Of a stretch of DNA of 64,000 nt, positions 49,027 through 58,795 are shown piece by piece. The DNA comes from Nannocystis pusilla. Its GTDB lineage: Bacteria; Myxococcota_A; Polyangia; Nannocystales; Nannocystaceae. Within the stretch, counting starts at the first letter, position 1. Every line of letters starts with the position of its first letter. The stretch is from NCBI RefSeq assembly GCF_020073745.1, contig NZ_JAIRAU010000002.1, forward strand, positions 273,694-337,693, written 5' to 3'. The position numbers were made by a program, and so were the translations under genes. The notes under the pieces were generated by a model, which did not search any database, had not been told where the DNA came from, and was given only the letters and a program-made list of their open reading frames with translations.

Positions 49027-51591
49027 ATGGCGCTGGTGAGCCACCGGAAGCGGATGTCTGCCCTGTCGCTGTGCACGGCGACCGCGGCGCTGCTCGCCTG
49101 TCGGCCCGCGGCGCTCACCCCCGAGGCCGAACAGGTGCATCCGGGGATCAATCAGATCCCGCTCAGCGCTCGTCCGCCGGTCACCCCCACCGAGACCGCT
49201 CGGGCCGAGGTCGCGTCGACGACCGCGCCCGCAGAGGTCTCGGCGGGCGCGCTGCTGGCCCGCGGCGAGCCGGAGGCGGCGCTCGCCCGCGTGGCTGCCG
49301 AGCCGGCCACCGCCGGTTCGCTGCAAGCCGCGGTGCAGCGCCTGACGACGGCCCGCGCGGCGCGCCAGCTGGGACGTCCGCGGGTCGCCGTCGAGGCGCT
49401 GGCCGAGCTGGCAGCGGAGCGCCGACCGGCGAAGTCGTGGCCGCACGAGGTGGTGCTGCACGAGTACGCCCAGGCGCTGATCGAGGCGGCGGCGACGGCC
49501 GCGGGCGCCGAGGCCGACGAGCTGCGCAAGCAGGCGGTGGCGGCCTGGGACCGGGCGATCGACCACGAGCCGGTGCGCAACGCGGCGCCGATGCGGGTCG
49601 CGCGGGCGCGGGCGATGGCGGCGCTGGGCGTCGACGGCTCGACCGGCGCCAGGCAACAGGCGGCGCGACGCGCCGTGAAGGCGCTGACCGAGGTGCTGCG
49701 CGACTACCCCGAGCACCCCGACGCGGCCGGGCTCGAGCTGCTGCGGGCGCAGGCGATCGTCCGCGAGGGCAAGACGGCCGACGGCGTCCGGGCGCTGCGC
49801 GCGGTGGCCATCGAGCGCGCCGGCACGGCGGCGGCCACCAGCGCCGAGGCGGCGCTGGCCGAGCTCGGGCGCCCGATCCGCTACACGGCGGCCGAACAGC
49901 TGGATCGCGCCGCGGCGGCCCGACGCTCGCGCGACATGGCGCTGTCGCGCCAGGTCCTCACCGACCTGGTCGAAGATTCCAAGAGCTCGGCGCAGCTCCG
50001 CGAGGCGGCGCTGCGCTCGCGCGCGTACACGGCCTCGCGCGCCCACGACTACGGCACGTGCGCGGATGACCTTTCGGTCCTGTACAAAAAGTCAGCCTCG
50101 GCCGACCTGCGCAGCGACCTGCTGCGCTGCCTCGACAAGGCCGGCCGCTACGACGAGGCGCTGGAGATCTGGACCGAACAGGCCGCGCGCAAGGGCGGGG
50201 CGGGCCGGGCGGCGCTGTGGGAGGCGATCCGTCAGGCGGTCCGCGGCGGCCGCTACGAGCGGGCGCGCGAGCTGCTCGGGCGCACGTCGGCGAAGGAGCG
50301 CCAGCGCGGCGAGGGGCTGTGGCTCGACGCCTGGCTCGACTTCCGCCTCGGCGAATTCGACGCGGCGGCCGCGGCGTTCGCCGCCGCCGAGCGCAAGCTG
50401 CCCGGCGATCAGGCGCGGGCGGCCCGGTACTTCCGCGCGCGGGCGCTGCTGGCCGGCAAGAGCGCGGCGGTCGGCGACGACGGCGGCGAGGCGGTCGCGG
50501 GCGATCGCCAGGAGGCCGAGCGCCTGCTGCGGCAGGTCGTCGCCGAGGAGCCGCTCGGCTACTACGGCTTGCAGGCGCGCCAGCGACTGCTCGACATCGG
50601 CGTCGATCCAGGCCCGGCGCCGACGCTCGCGCCGGTGGCGGCGGAGTCGAACCCGCCGCCCGACTTCGCGGACTCGCAGGCGACCTTCGACGCGCTGGCG
50701 AGCGAGTACGGCTGGGCCTTCCCGGCGCTGGCCCGCGGCGCGGCGCTGCACGCCGCCGGCCTGCTCGACGAGGCGCGGCGCGAGCTGCGGGTCGGCGTCG
50801 ACGCCTACGAGACGCTGTGGGGCCTCGACCGCGGCGGCTGGGTGCCGCGCCACGAAGACCTGGTGGTGGGCCTCAGCTGGAAGTCGACGTGGAAGCAGCC
50901 GCGCCTCGGCCTGCCGAAGGACGCGCGCAAGCTGGTGCGCGAGCGCGGGGCCGGCGAGACCCTGCGCGAGGGCCTGTTCGCATTGACGTGGGCGCTCGAC
51001 GAGCCGTACCGCCGCAGCCGCCTGATGCCGAGCTCGGCCGGGCCGTACAAGGCGCGCTGGCACCCGCGGGCGTTCCGCTCGACCGTCGAGCGCGAGGCCG
51101 AGGTCCGCGCCTTCGACCCGACCCACCTCTGGGCGCTGATGTACACCGAGTCGCGCTTCCGCCGGCACGTGGTGTCGTCGTCGGGGGCCCGCGGCGCCAT
51201 CCAGATCATGCCGTGGACCGGGCAGCAGTTGGCGGCCCGCCTCGGCGAATCGTTCGACGTCGACGCGCTGTTCGACGAGGAGCACAACGTCCGCCTGTCG
51301 GCCTACTACTTCGCCGAGCTGCTGCACAAGTTCCACGGCCAGGCCGCGCTGGCCTACGCCAGCTACAACGGCGGCCCGTTCAACGTCGCCCGCTGGCTGG
51401 CCGCCAAGGGCCAGGGCGCAGTCCCGCTCGAGCTCGACGTGTTCATCGCCGAGATCCCGTTCCGCGAGACCGCCAACTACACCCGCCGCGTGCTCGAGGT
51501 CCAGGCCGCCTACTCGCTGATGTACGACGGGTCGCTGCCCCGCTGGTCGAACACGGTCGACCTCCGCGTCGAGGACAACATCGACTTCTGA
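49027..51591 (+). CDS. Soluble lytic murein transglycosylase-like protein (superhelical N-domain plus SLT catalytic domain)
   Basis: Strong RBS ggaggagaggagacc-ATG. Lipobox. SLT motifs TESRF, GARGAIQIMP and ASYNGGP. Confidence 0.8.
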   Translation: MALVSHRKRMSALSLCTATAALLACRPAALTPEAEQVHPGINQIPLSARPPVTPTETARAEVASTTAPAEVSAGALLARGEPEAALARVAAEPATAGSLQAAVQRLTTARAARQLGRPRVAVEALAELAAERRPAKSWPHEVVLHEYAQALIEAAATAAGAEADELRKQAVAAWDRAIDHEPVRNAAPMRVARARAMAALGVDGSTGARQQAARRAVKALTEVLRDYPEHPDAAGLELLRAQAIVREGKTADGVRALRAVAIERAGTAAATSAEAALAELGRPIRYTAAEQLDRAAAARRSRDMALSRQVLTDLVEDSKSSAQLREAALRSRAYTASRAHDYGTCADDLSVLYKKSASADLRSDLLRCLDKAGRYDEALEIWTEQAARKGGAGRAALWEAIRQAVRGGRYERARELLGRTSAKERQRGEGLWLDAWLDFRLGEFDAAAAAFAAAERKLPGDQARAARYFRARALLAGKSAAVGDDGGEAVAGDRQEAERLLRQVVAEEPLGYYGLQARQRLLDIGVDPGPAPTLAPVAAESNPPPDFADSQATFDALASEYGWAFPALARGAALHAAGLLDEARRELRVGVDAYETLWGLDRGGWVPRHEDLVVGLSWKSTWKQPRLGLPKDARKLVRERGAGETLREGLFALTWALDEPYRRSRLMPSSAGPYKARWHPRAFRSTVEREAEVRAFDPTHLWALMYTESRFRRHVVSSSGARGAIQIMPWTGQQLAARLGESFDVDALFDEEHNVRLSAYYFAELLHKFHGQAALAYASYNGGPFNVARWLAAKGQGAVPLELDVFIAEIPFRETANYTRRVLEVQAAYSLMYDGSLPRWSNTVDLRVEDNIDF

Positions 51592-51616
51592 GCGGTCGTC
51601 TGTTCGCCTGGCCTGG

Positions 51617-51700
51617 AGGACATGCCCGCAGGGGCATGGTGCATTGTGCCTGGGCGAAGGGGCATGTTCGAGGGGACATGTCTCCCGAGTCATTGTCAGG
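51617..51700. repeat. REP-like palindrome cluster downstream of the transglycosylase gene
   Basis: ggaggacatgcccgcaggggcatggtgcattgtgcc...gaggggacatgtctcccgag. Confidence 0.65.
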
Positions 51701-51991
51701 TGCGTCGAGGTGGCACGATCGCCGACGGTGCGCCGGGCTCTGCCGCCGGGCGGAGCTCCCGAGGTCCGCCAGTGCCGGCGGACGCGCTCGGCGCCCGGCG
51801 AGCGCGCAGCGGCGGCGGCGCAGGCCCGCGAGCGCGGAACCGGCCGAGCGCGCGCAAGGCCGAGCCGAGGGCCACCGGCAGGCCGCGGCTTGTGGACGCG
51901 ACCGCCGCGGCGTTACCGTCGCCGTGGTGGCAGACGCCGCCCCGGCGGGAGCCGGACCTTTCGCCCTGACGGGCAGACACGAGGGGATGTG

Positions 51992-52507
51992 ATGAACGAG
52001 AGGCTGAACCAGCTCGGGCAGGCCGCGCAGCGGCTCAACGAGGGATCCGACCAGCTCAACGCGCTGATCTCGGCGATCGACAAGGCGCTCGGACGCCTGA
52101 TGATCGGCATGGACTACATCCACCCGCGACCGCTGCAGGAGACGATGTCGGTCGGCCGCGACGGCAAGCGGGTCATCGAGCTGTGCTTCCTCGGCTACCT
52201 GCGGATCCAGGGCGAGTACCACCTCGTCATCAAGACGGTGAAGATCCTCGAGTCGAAGGTCGCGCTGGCCTCGGAGACGCCGGGCAACGTGACGCCGCTG
52301 CTGCAGGCGCCGCGAGTGCTGCGGCACGCCGCCGTCGACCTGTTCCCCGAGCTGGTCCAGGTGCTGTCGAACCAGGTGGGCGACCTCGTGGCGCAGATGG
52401 AGCGCCGCTGCAACACCGCGAAGGGGCTGCTCGAGCAGCTCGAGGGCCTCGAGGCGCAGATCTCGGCCGCCCGCGAGTCGCTCAAGTCCGGTGAGACCAC
52501 GCCCTGA
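51992..52507 (+). CDS. Hypothetical cytoplasmic protein (coiled-coil rich)
   Basis: ATG with an upstream gagggg RBS; 171 aa; good GC3. Confidence 0.5.
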   Translation: MNERLNQLGQAAQRLNEGSDQLNALISAIDKALGRLMIGMDYIHPRPLQETMSVGRDGKRVIELCFLGYLRIQGEYHLVIKTVKILESKVALASETPGNVTPLLQAPRVLRHAAVDLFPELVQVLSNQVGDLVAQMERRCNTAKGLLEQLEGLEAQISAARESLKSGETTP

Positions 52508-52574
52508 CGGCCGGAACGCCCGTTTGGCGCGGTGATCGTCCCGCGGCGGGGCGAAGCGTGCTATAGGCGCCGCG

Positions 52575-54614
52575 ATGCCGCGCCGCGTCCTCGTCACCGC
52601 CGCTCTCCCGTACGCCAACGGTTCGCCGCACCTCGGGCACCTGCTCGAGTACATCCAGACCGATGTCCACGTGCGCGCCCGCAAGCTCGCCGGCGAGGAC
52701 GTGATCTTCATGTGGGCGGTCGACACCCACGGCACGCCGATCGAGCTGCGGGCCCGGCGTGAGGGCGTGGCCCCGGCCGACCTGGTCGCGCGCATGCACG
52801 CCGAGCACGCCGAGGTCTACCGCGACTTCGGCGTCGGCTCCGACATCTTCTACACCACGCACTCCGACGAGACCCGCCGCCACGCCGAGTTCATCTACGA
52901 GAAGATGCGCGAGGCGGGGCAGATCGAGACGCGGACGACGCGGCAGCTCTACTGTCCCAAGGACCAGATGTTCCTGCCGGACCGGTTCGTCAAGGGGACG
53001 TGCCCGTTCTGCGGCGCGACCGACCAGTACGGCGACGTCTGCGAGAAGTGCGGCCACACGTACAACCCGACCGAGCTGAAGGAGCCGCGCTGTGCGATCT
53101 GCGGGACGCCGCCGGAGCTGCGCGACTCGGAGCACCTGTTCGTGTCGCTCGGCCGCTTCGAGGGCTTCCTGCGCGAGTGGCTCGGCTCGGCCAGGCTGCA
53201 GCCCGCGGTCCGCAACTATGTGATGCGGTGGGTCGACGACGGGCTGCGCGACTGGGACATCTCGCGCGACGCGCCTTACTTCGGCTTCTCGATCCCGGGC
53301 TACGAGGGCAAGAAGTTCTTCTACGTGTGGTTCGACGCGCCGGTCGGCTACATCGGCGCGACGCAGAAGTGGTGCGACGAGCACCCGGACAGGGCCTCGT
53401 TCGCGTCGTACTGGCGCGCCGATCAGAGCCAGGACACCGAGATCGTCCATGTCATCGGCAAGGACATCGTCTACTTCCACACGCTGTTCTGGCCGGCGAT
53501 GCTGCGGTCCGCCGGCTACACCACGCCGTCGCGCGTGCACGTGCACGGCTGGCTGACGGTCAACGGCGAGAAGATGTCGAAGACCCGCGGGACGTTCATC
53601 CTCGCCCGCACGTACCTCGACCACCTGCCGGCCGATTACCTCCGCTACTACTTCGCGGCCAAGCTCGGGCCGGAGCAGGACGACATCGACCTCGACATGG
53701 CCGACTTCGTGGCGCGCGTCAATTCCGACCTCGCCAGCAAGGCGGCCAACCTCGCCAGCCGCTGCCACAAGTTCATCGTCGGCCGCCTCGAGGGCAAGCT
53801 CGGGGCCGCGCCGGCCGACGCCGAGCCGCTGATGGCGAAGGCCCGCGAGGCCCTGGCCCAGGTGCCGGCGCTGTACGCCAACTTCGAGTCGGGCAAGGCG
53901 CTGCGCCTGGCGCTCGAGATCTGCGGCGAATTCGACGCCTACATCACGGCGCAGGAGCCGTGGAAGGTGATCGCCAAGGACCCCGAGCGCGCGCGGGCGG
54001 TCTGCACCGCGGGGCTGTGGGCGAGCAAGGTGATCGCGGCGATCTTCAAGCCGGTGCTGCCGAAGTGGGCGGCGACGGTGGAGGAGGGCCTGCGCCTCGA
54101 GGCGCCGCTCGACTTCGTCAACGCGACCGCGCCGCTGCCCGAGGGCCAGACGATCGGCGCGTACGTCAACCTCGCCGAGCGCATCGACCCGAAGGTGCTC
54201 GAGGCGATCATCGAGGCGAGCAAGGACACGATGGGCGCGCCGCCGACCCCGGAGGCGCCGAGCTACACGGTCGAGCCGCTGGCGGCCGAGGCCGGCATCG
54301 AGGCGTTTTCACCGGTGGACCTGCGCGTCGGCAAGGTGCTCGCGGCCGCCCGCGTGAAGGGCTCCGACAAGCTGCTGCAGCTGACGATCGACCTCGGGCC
54401 GCTCGGCCAGCGCAACATCTTCAGCGGGATCGGTCCGTCGTACGCGCCGGAGCAATTGGTCGGCAAGCACGTGGTGGTGTTCGCCAACCTCAAGCCGCGG
54501 AAGATGCGGTTCGGCACCAGCGAGGGCATGGTCCTGGCCGCCGGCGCGAAGGACGACGCGATCACGGTGCTCGAGCTCGACCCGCGCAGCCTGCCGGGCG
54601 AGAAGATCAGCTGA
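52575..54614 (+). CDS. metG: Methionine--tRNA ligase with C-terminal tRNA-binding domain
   Basis: HIGH-type motif PHLGHLLEY, KMSKT, zinc knuckle CPFCG...CEKCGH, C-terminal Trbp111-like domain. Confidence 0.95.
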   Translation: MPRRVLVTAALPYANGSPHLGHLLEYIQTDVHVRARKLAGEDVIFMWAVDTHGTPIELRARREGVAPADLVARMHAEHAEVYRDFGVGSDIFYTTHSDETRRHAEFIYEKMREAGQIETRTTRQLYCPKDQMFLPDRFVKGTCPFCGATDQYGDVCEKCGHTYNPTELKEPRCAICGTPPELRDSEHLFVSLGRFEGFLREWLGSARLQPAVRNYVMRWVDDGLRDWDISRDAPYFGFSIPGYEGKKFFYVWFDAPVGYIGATQKWCDEHPDRASFASYWRADQSQDTEIVHVIGKDIVYFHTLFWPAMLRSAGYTTPSRVHVHGWLTVNGEKMSKTRGTFILARTYLDHLPADYLRYYFAAKLGPEQDDIDLDMADFVARVNSDLASKAANLASRCHKFIVGRLEGKLGAAPADAEPLMAKAREALAQVPALYANFESGKALRLALEICGEFDAYITAQEPWKVIAKDPERARAVCTAGLWASKVIAAIFKPVLPKWAATVEEGLRLEAPLDFVNATAPLPEGQTIGAYVNLAERIDPKVLEAIIEASKDTMGAPPTPEAPSYTVEPLAAEAGIEAFSPVDLRVGKVLAAARVKGSDKLLQLTIDLGPLGQRNIFSGIGPSYAPEQLVGKHVVVFANLKPRKMRFGTSEGMVLAAGAKDDAITVLELDPRSLPGEKIS

Positions 54615-54644
54615 GAGGAAGAAAGGCGCGGCGACGGCCGAACC

Positions 54645-54670
54645 CGGCAGACCGCCCGGCGGTCTGCGAG
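54645..54670. terminator. GC hairpin (cagaccgc-ccg-gcggtctg) between convergent metG and a lipoprotein gene
   Basis: Read directly; no T-tract, so terminator function is uncertain. Confidence 0.35.
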
Positions 54671-54696
54671 CTCGGCGCGCCGCCGCGCGGGGCGAA

Positions 54697-55086
54697 TCAG
54701 GTGTAGCCGCCCCAGCAGTAGTCGGTGACCTGGCCGAGACCGTTGGCCTCGCAGAAGTTCTGCGCGGCCGGGTCGCACTCGTGGTCGTCGAGCAGGCCGA
54801 GGTCCCAGCGGCGGACGCCGGAGCTGCTGCACTGGACGAGGCAGACGTCGGTGGGCTCGCTGCGAGCGCAGGTGACGTCGCCGCAGGCGTGACACTGCGG
54901 GGCAGGGAGCACGGCCGTGTCGCCGAGCGCGGCGAGCCGGCGCGGCGGCAATTGCGTGGCCGCGACCGGCTCGGGCGTGCGAATGATGGGACCGTCCGGA
55001 TCGGTGGGCCCGGGGCCCGGCGTGCAGGCCGCCAGCCAGGTGACGGCGAAGATCAGACAGATGAGGCGCGGAGGCGGGGTTCGCAT
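54697..55086 (-). CDS. Small Cys-rich lipoprotein
   Basis: Lipobox VTWLAAC; 12 Cys in 129 aa. Confidence 0.55.
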   Translation of the reverse strand: MRTPPPRLICLIFAVTWLAACTPGPGPTDPDGPIIRTPEPVAATQLPPRRLAALGDTAVLPAPQCHACGDVTCARSEPTDVCLVQCSSSGVRRWDLGLLDDHECDPAAQNFCEANGLGQVTDYCWGGYT

Positions 55087-55187
55087 CGTTGTCCCTCCGC
55101 CGGAGTTCTGGTCCGGGTCAGCCCGAGGAACAAGTCAAAAGGCCGTATCGCGCGCGCACCGCCCGCGCCAGCCCGAAAGAACATGTG

Positions 55188-55242
55188 CGATCGGACCTGC
55201 CCCGGAGGACCTGTCGGATCGCACATGAGCCCGGCCGGCGTC
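55188..55242. repeat. Long inverted repeat catgtgcgatcggacctg ... gacctgtcggatcgcacatg
   Basis: Read directly. Lies between two minus-strand genes, just 3' of the HTH-regulator gene. Confidence 0.6.
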
Positions 55243-55286
55243 CGAGCGGGCGGGGGCGGGGACGGCGCCGCCACGAGGACGCAGGT

Positions 55287-56090
55287 TCAGTTGACGGCGA
55301 CGGGGGCGGCGCCGCCGAACAGGCGCTCCTCGATGGCGGCCAGGCGGGCGCCGACGCGGCCCTCGCCGGCGATCCCGCGCAGGCGCGAGAACACGCGCGC
55401 GGCCGTCCGCTCGGCCAGACCGCGGACGCGGTAGCGCCAGCTCGAGCGCTCGTCGGCGGTGCCGATCAGGACCTGCAACGAGCCGAGCAGCTCGTGCTCG
55501 ATGCGGTCGACGAGCGGGGTCAGGTCGGGCTTGTCGTGGGCGACGTTGAAGTGGATGAGGTCGGTCAGCGCGGCGCATACCTGGGTGCGGGCGGCCCGGA
55601 AGCGCTCGGGCTGATCACCGAGATCGGCGTGGATCCCGTCGGCCAGCGCCTGGATGAAGCCGCGCAGGTTCTGCTCGGCGTCGCGGAGGTGGGTCGCGTC
55701 GCGGAGGTCGCGGCGGAGCTCGCCGAGCTCGGCCAGGAGATCGGCGGCGATGTGGAAGCTGTCGAGCGCGCGCACCGAGGGGGTGCCCGGGGGCAGGGCG
55801 CGGTCGAAGCGGAGGCGCGGACGCTCGGCCGACAGCGCGGCGTCGTCGTGCTCGAAGCCGTCGTCGTGGATGTCCTGGCTGTCGCTCGTCGACGCCCCGG
55901 CCTCGTGACCCTCGGCCGGCACCTCGTCGTCGCCCTGGCCGCTGTACTTGCCGGACATGAGGTCGTCGCGGTCGATGAGCCAGCGCGAGCCGACGCGGCG
56001 GGCCGGCAGGCGGCCGGTCTGGGCCATGTGCCGCACGGTGCGCTCGCTCTTGCCGAGCAGGTCGGCGGCGTCCTTGATCGAGATCTCCAT
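55287..56090 (-). CDS. MerR/excisionase-type HTH DNA-binding protein with an acidic helical C-terminal domain
   Basis: N-terminal MEISIKDAADLLGKSERTVRHMAQTGRLPARRVGSRWLIDRDDL. GGAGG RBS. The start was derived from ORF-table arithmetic. Confidence 0.6.
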   Translation of the reverse strand: MEISIKDAADLLGKSERTVRHMAQTGRLPARRVGSRWLIDRDDLMSGKYSGQGDDEVPAEGHEAGASTSDSQDIHDDGFEHDDAALSAERPRLRFDRALPPGTPSVRALDSFHIAADLLAELGELRRDLRDATHLRDAEQNLRGFIQALADGIHADLGDQPERFRAARTQVCAALTDLIHFNVAHDKPDLTPLVDRIEHELLGSLQVLIGTADERSSWRYRVRGLAERTAARVFSRLRGIAGEGRVGARLAAIEERLFGGAAPVAVN

Positions 56091-56377
56091 AGAGGTCCTC
56101 CTGTGTGCCGCGCACTCTAACCGAAGTCGGATCATGCGCCGCAAAATCGGCAGAAACTTTGCCGGTTGCGGCAGCGCCCCTTGCCGTTTCTGGATCCAGC
56201 AGCCAGTCTCCACCGGTGCGAAAACCCGAGCATCAATGGGAGACGCGCCGTTTCGTGGCCGTCCGCGCGACCGAGGTGCCGCGGCCACACGCGGCCGAGG
56301 AGGCGGTGCAGGCGTTCGAGCTCCGACGCCGCGGCGGAGGTGACGCACTGTCTGCGGTGTTCTCGCTGGGTCGGCAG

Positions 56378-57313
56378 ATGCTGCCCCGAGAGGCGGTGGC
56401 CGAGGACCCCGACCTGCTCCATGCGGCCCGCGCCTGGCTCGCCGCGCGAGGCTCTCGCAAGCTTCGTGCCGTCGATGAGGAAGTGGCGCCGATCTGCTCG
56501 GAACAATTCACGTTGTCGGACCTCGGGTCGAGCGCCGGGCAACCTGTCCGAAAGGTCATCACACTGGCGCCGTCGAATGCCGAGCTGGTGGCCAGCCTGG
56601 GCTGCTTCGACCGCGTGATCGCGTGCGAGGACTCGTCGGACTGGCCGCCGGAGACGGCCGACCGCGAACGCCTCGGGCCGGACCTCGGGCCGGATCTGGA
56701 TCGCGTGGCCGAGCTGCGACCTGACCTTGTGTTCAGCTCGCTGTCGGTGCCGGGGATGGAGCGGATCGTGACGGGACTGCGCGCACGCGGGGTGCCGCAG
56801 CGCGTGCTGGCGCCGCGATCGATCGCCGACGTGCAGGCCGAGGTCCGACTGGCCGGGGCCGACCTCGAGGTGCCGGGACGCGCAGAAGAAGTGGTGGCGC
56901 AGCTGGAGGCGGAGGCGGCGGCGCTGCGCGCGAGCCGGCCGCCGCGCCCGGCGAAGGTCTACCTCGAGTGGTGGCCGCGGCCGATGTTCACCCCGGGCGC
57001 GGCGTGCTTCAGCAACAACCTCATCGAGCTGGCCGGGGGAGTCAACGTGTTCGCCGACCGCCCAGGGGCGAGCGTGGAGATCACGGCGGAGGAGTTGGTC
57101 GCGGCCGACCCGGATATCTGCTTCGTGTCGTGGTGCGGAGTCGCGGTCGAGAAGCTCGACCCCGAGAACTTGATCACACGCGCAGGCCTCGAGTCGCTGC
57201 GAGCGGCCCGCGCCGGTCGGGTGCTCCGCCTCGACGAACGCTACTCCGGACGCCCTGGACCGCACATGCTCGAGGCAGCACGCATCATGGCGCGCGCGAT
57301 CGCCAGCTTGTGA
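56378..57313 (+). CDS. Periplasmic-binding-protein-like (BtuF/TroA-like, class III PBP fold) protein; N-terminus uncertain
   Basis: VITLAPSNAELVASLGCFDRVIACEDSSDWP, with a second lobe (YLEWWPRPMFTPGAACFSNNLIELAGGVNVF). Confidence 0.5.
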   Translation: MLPREAVAEDPDLLHAARAWLAARGSRKLRAVDEEVAPICSEQFTLSDLGSSAGQPVRKVITLAPSNAELVASLGCFDRVIACEDSSDWPPETADRERLGPDLGPDLDRVAELRPDLVFSSLSVPGMERIVTGLRARGVPQRVLAPRSIADVQAEVRLAGADLEVPGRAEEVVAQLEAEAAALRASRPPRPAKVYLEWWPRPMFTPGAACFSNNLIELAGGVNVFADRPGASVEITAEELVAADPDICFVSWCGVAVEKLDPENLITRAGLESLRAARAGRVLRLDERYSGRPGPHMLEAARIMARAIASL

Positions 57314-57368
57314 AACGAAGTGCGTCGATTTTTTGCGCGGCGGATCGAGGTGTGACAAGGCTGCGCCC

Positions 57369-57656
57369 ATGGTGTCGCTCGAACTGCAGGTCGCCCGCCT
57401 CGTCGATGAACTCGCGCAGTACCACGGCCATCGCACGCTGTGGCTCGATCGCCGCGGGTACCTGTGCCACGCGGAGCCGGAGGACGATTTCGAGGACATC
57501 GGCTACCAGTACGTGGCGACGATGTTCCGGCCGTCCGAGGACGAGCTGCGCAGCACGATCACGCACTTCACGGCGCGCCGCGCGGCTCGCCTCGGGGCTT
57601 GTCCGGTTCCGGGGGCGTTCCACATGCACCCGGTGCCGGTGCTGATGGCGATCTGA
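57369..57656 (+). CDS. Small hypothetical protein
   Basis: 95-aa ORF with reasonable GC3 and no known motif. Confidence 0.3.
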   Translation: MVSLELQVARLVDELAQYHGHRTLWLDRRGYLCHAEPEDDFEDIGYQYVATMFRPSEDELRSTITHFTARRAARLGACPVPGAFHMHPVPVLMAI

Positions 57657-57835
57657 TTCTTGGGACAGGGTGCGCTTCGCAGCGCGTGGCGAACATGGGG
57701 CGCTTCGAGTCGATTGGCTCGGGGCGCTTGTCGTCGCGGAGATGGACTCGGGGGCTCGCGGTGCGGAGATAGGCTGGAGGGGCTTCGCTGATTGCCGGAT
57801 GCGCCTCGCATGGGGTCCGGGGATGCCTCGGCCGC

Positions 57836-58700
57836 GAGTTCAGCGGGCCGATGACCCCGACTTCGTCGTGGTCATCTTGCCCTCGTATTCGCGTCCGAGG
57901 CATCCCCGGACCCCGAGCACGGCTCACCCGTGAAAAGCCGACCCGCCGTCGTCGGCTTCGATGGCGGCTGTCCTCTGGGACATGTCCTTTGCTGCCTGTT
58001 CGACGGCCTGGTCGGCCGCCGAACAGGCGCTTTCTCTCGTCAATACCGGCGGGTCATCTCCCGCGACGAGTCGCGGCCGCGCGGGCTCTGCGGTGTAGCG
58101 AGTTCAGCGGACCCATGACCCGACTTCGTCGTGGTCATCTTGCCGCGGCGAGTCGCGGGCGAGGCATCCCCGGACCCGAGCACGGCTCACTCGTGAAAAG
58201 CCGACCCGCCGTCGTCGGCTTCGATGTTGGCTGTCCTCCGGGACATGTCCTTTGCTGCCTGTTCGACGGCCTGGTCGGCCGCCGAACAGGCGCTTTCTCT
58301 CGTCAATACCGGCGGGTCATCTCCCGCGACGAGTCGCGGCCGCGCGGGCTCTGCGGTGTAGCGAGTTCAGCGGACGCATGACCCGACTTCGTCGTGGTCA
58401 TCTTGCCGCGGCGAGTCGCGGGCGAGGCATCCCCGGACCCGAGCACGGCTCACCCGTGAAAAGCCGACCTGCCGTCGTCGGCTTCGACGGGGGGCTGTCC
58501 TCCGAGACATGTCCTTTGCTGCCTGTTCGACGGCCTGGTCGGCCGCCGAACAGGCGCTTTCTCTCGTCAATACCGGCGGGTCATCTCCCGCGACGAGTCA
58601 TGGTTGCGCGCCGGCTCTGCGGAGGCGGAGGCGGGCGCCGAACAGGCGCTTTCTCTCGTCGATACCGGCGGGTCGTCTCCCGCGCCGAAGATGTCGGCCT
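57836..58700. repeat. About 3.3 tandem copies of a ~264-bp highly structured non-coding element
   Basis: Near-identical units begin at about 57841, 58105 and 58368, with a partial fourth. Each unit contains hairpins gatgacc-N13-ggtcatc, aagccgac-N8-gtcggctt, ggacatgtcc, ctgttcg-N17-cgaacag and cccgcgac-gag-tcgcgg. Confidence 0.85.
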
Positions 58701-58795
58701 GTGCGCCGGGACATGTCTCTGCTGGGTACCCGGAAGTAGGCTACTCGCGCCGAAGACGGTCTTTGGGACAGGTCCGAGAGGACCTGGGCTTCGAG

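Noticed and set aside
55287-56090. Excisionase-type HTH protein as the marker of a mobile element
   Set aside because: No integrase, transposase, att-like repeats or tRNA target nearby. The protein is 267 aa with an extra domain, more like a MerR-type regulator.
56090-56378. Cobalamin riboswitch upstream of the BtuF-like binding protein gene
   Set aside because: Only a weak GGTGCGAAAACC resemblance is present. There is no GGGAA/B12-box/GCCACTG core in the expected arrangement.
57930-58118. Small ORFs inside the 264-bp repeat units encoding a repeated peptide (…GCPLGHVLCCLFDGLVGRR…)
   Set aside because: The frame is not conserved between copies; single-base indels shift it in copy 3. The Cys/His-rich peptide simply reflects translation of GC palindromes.
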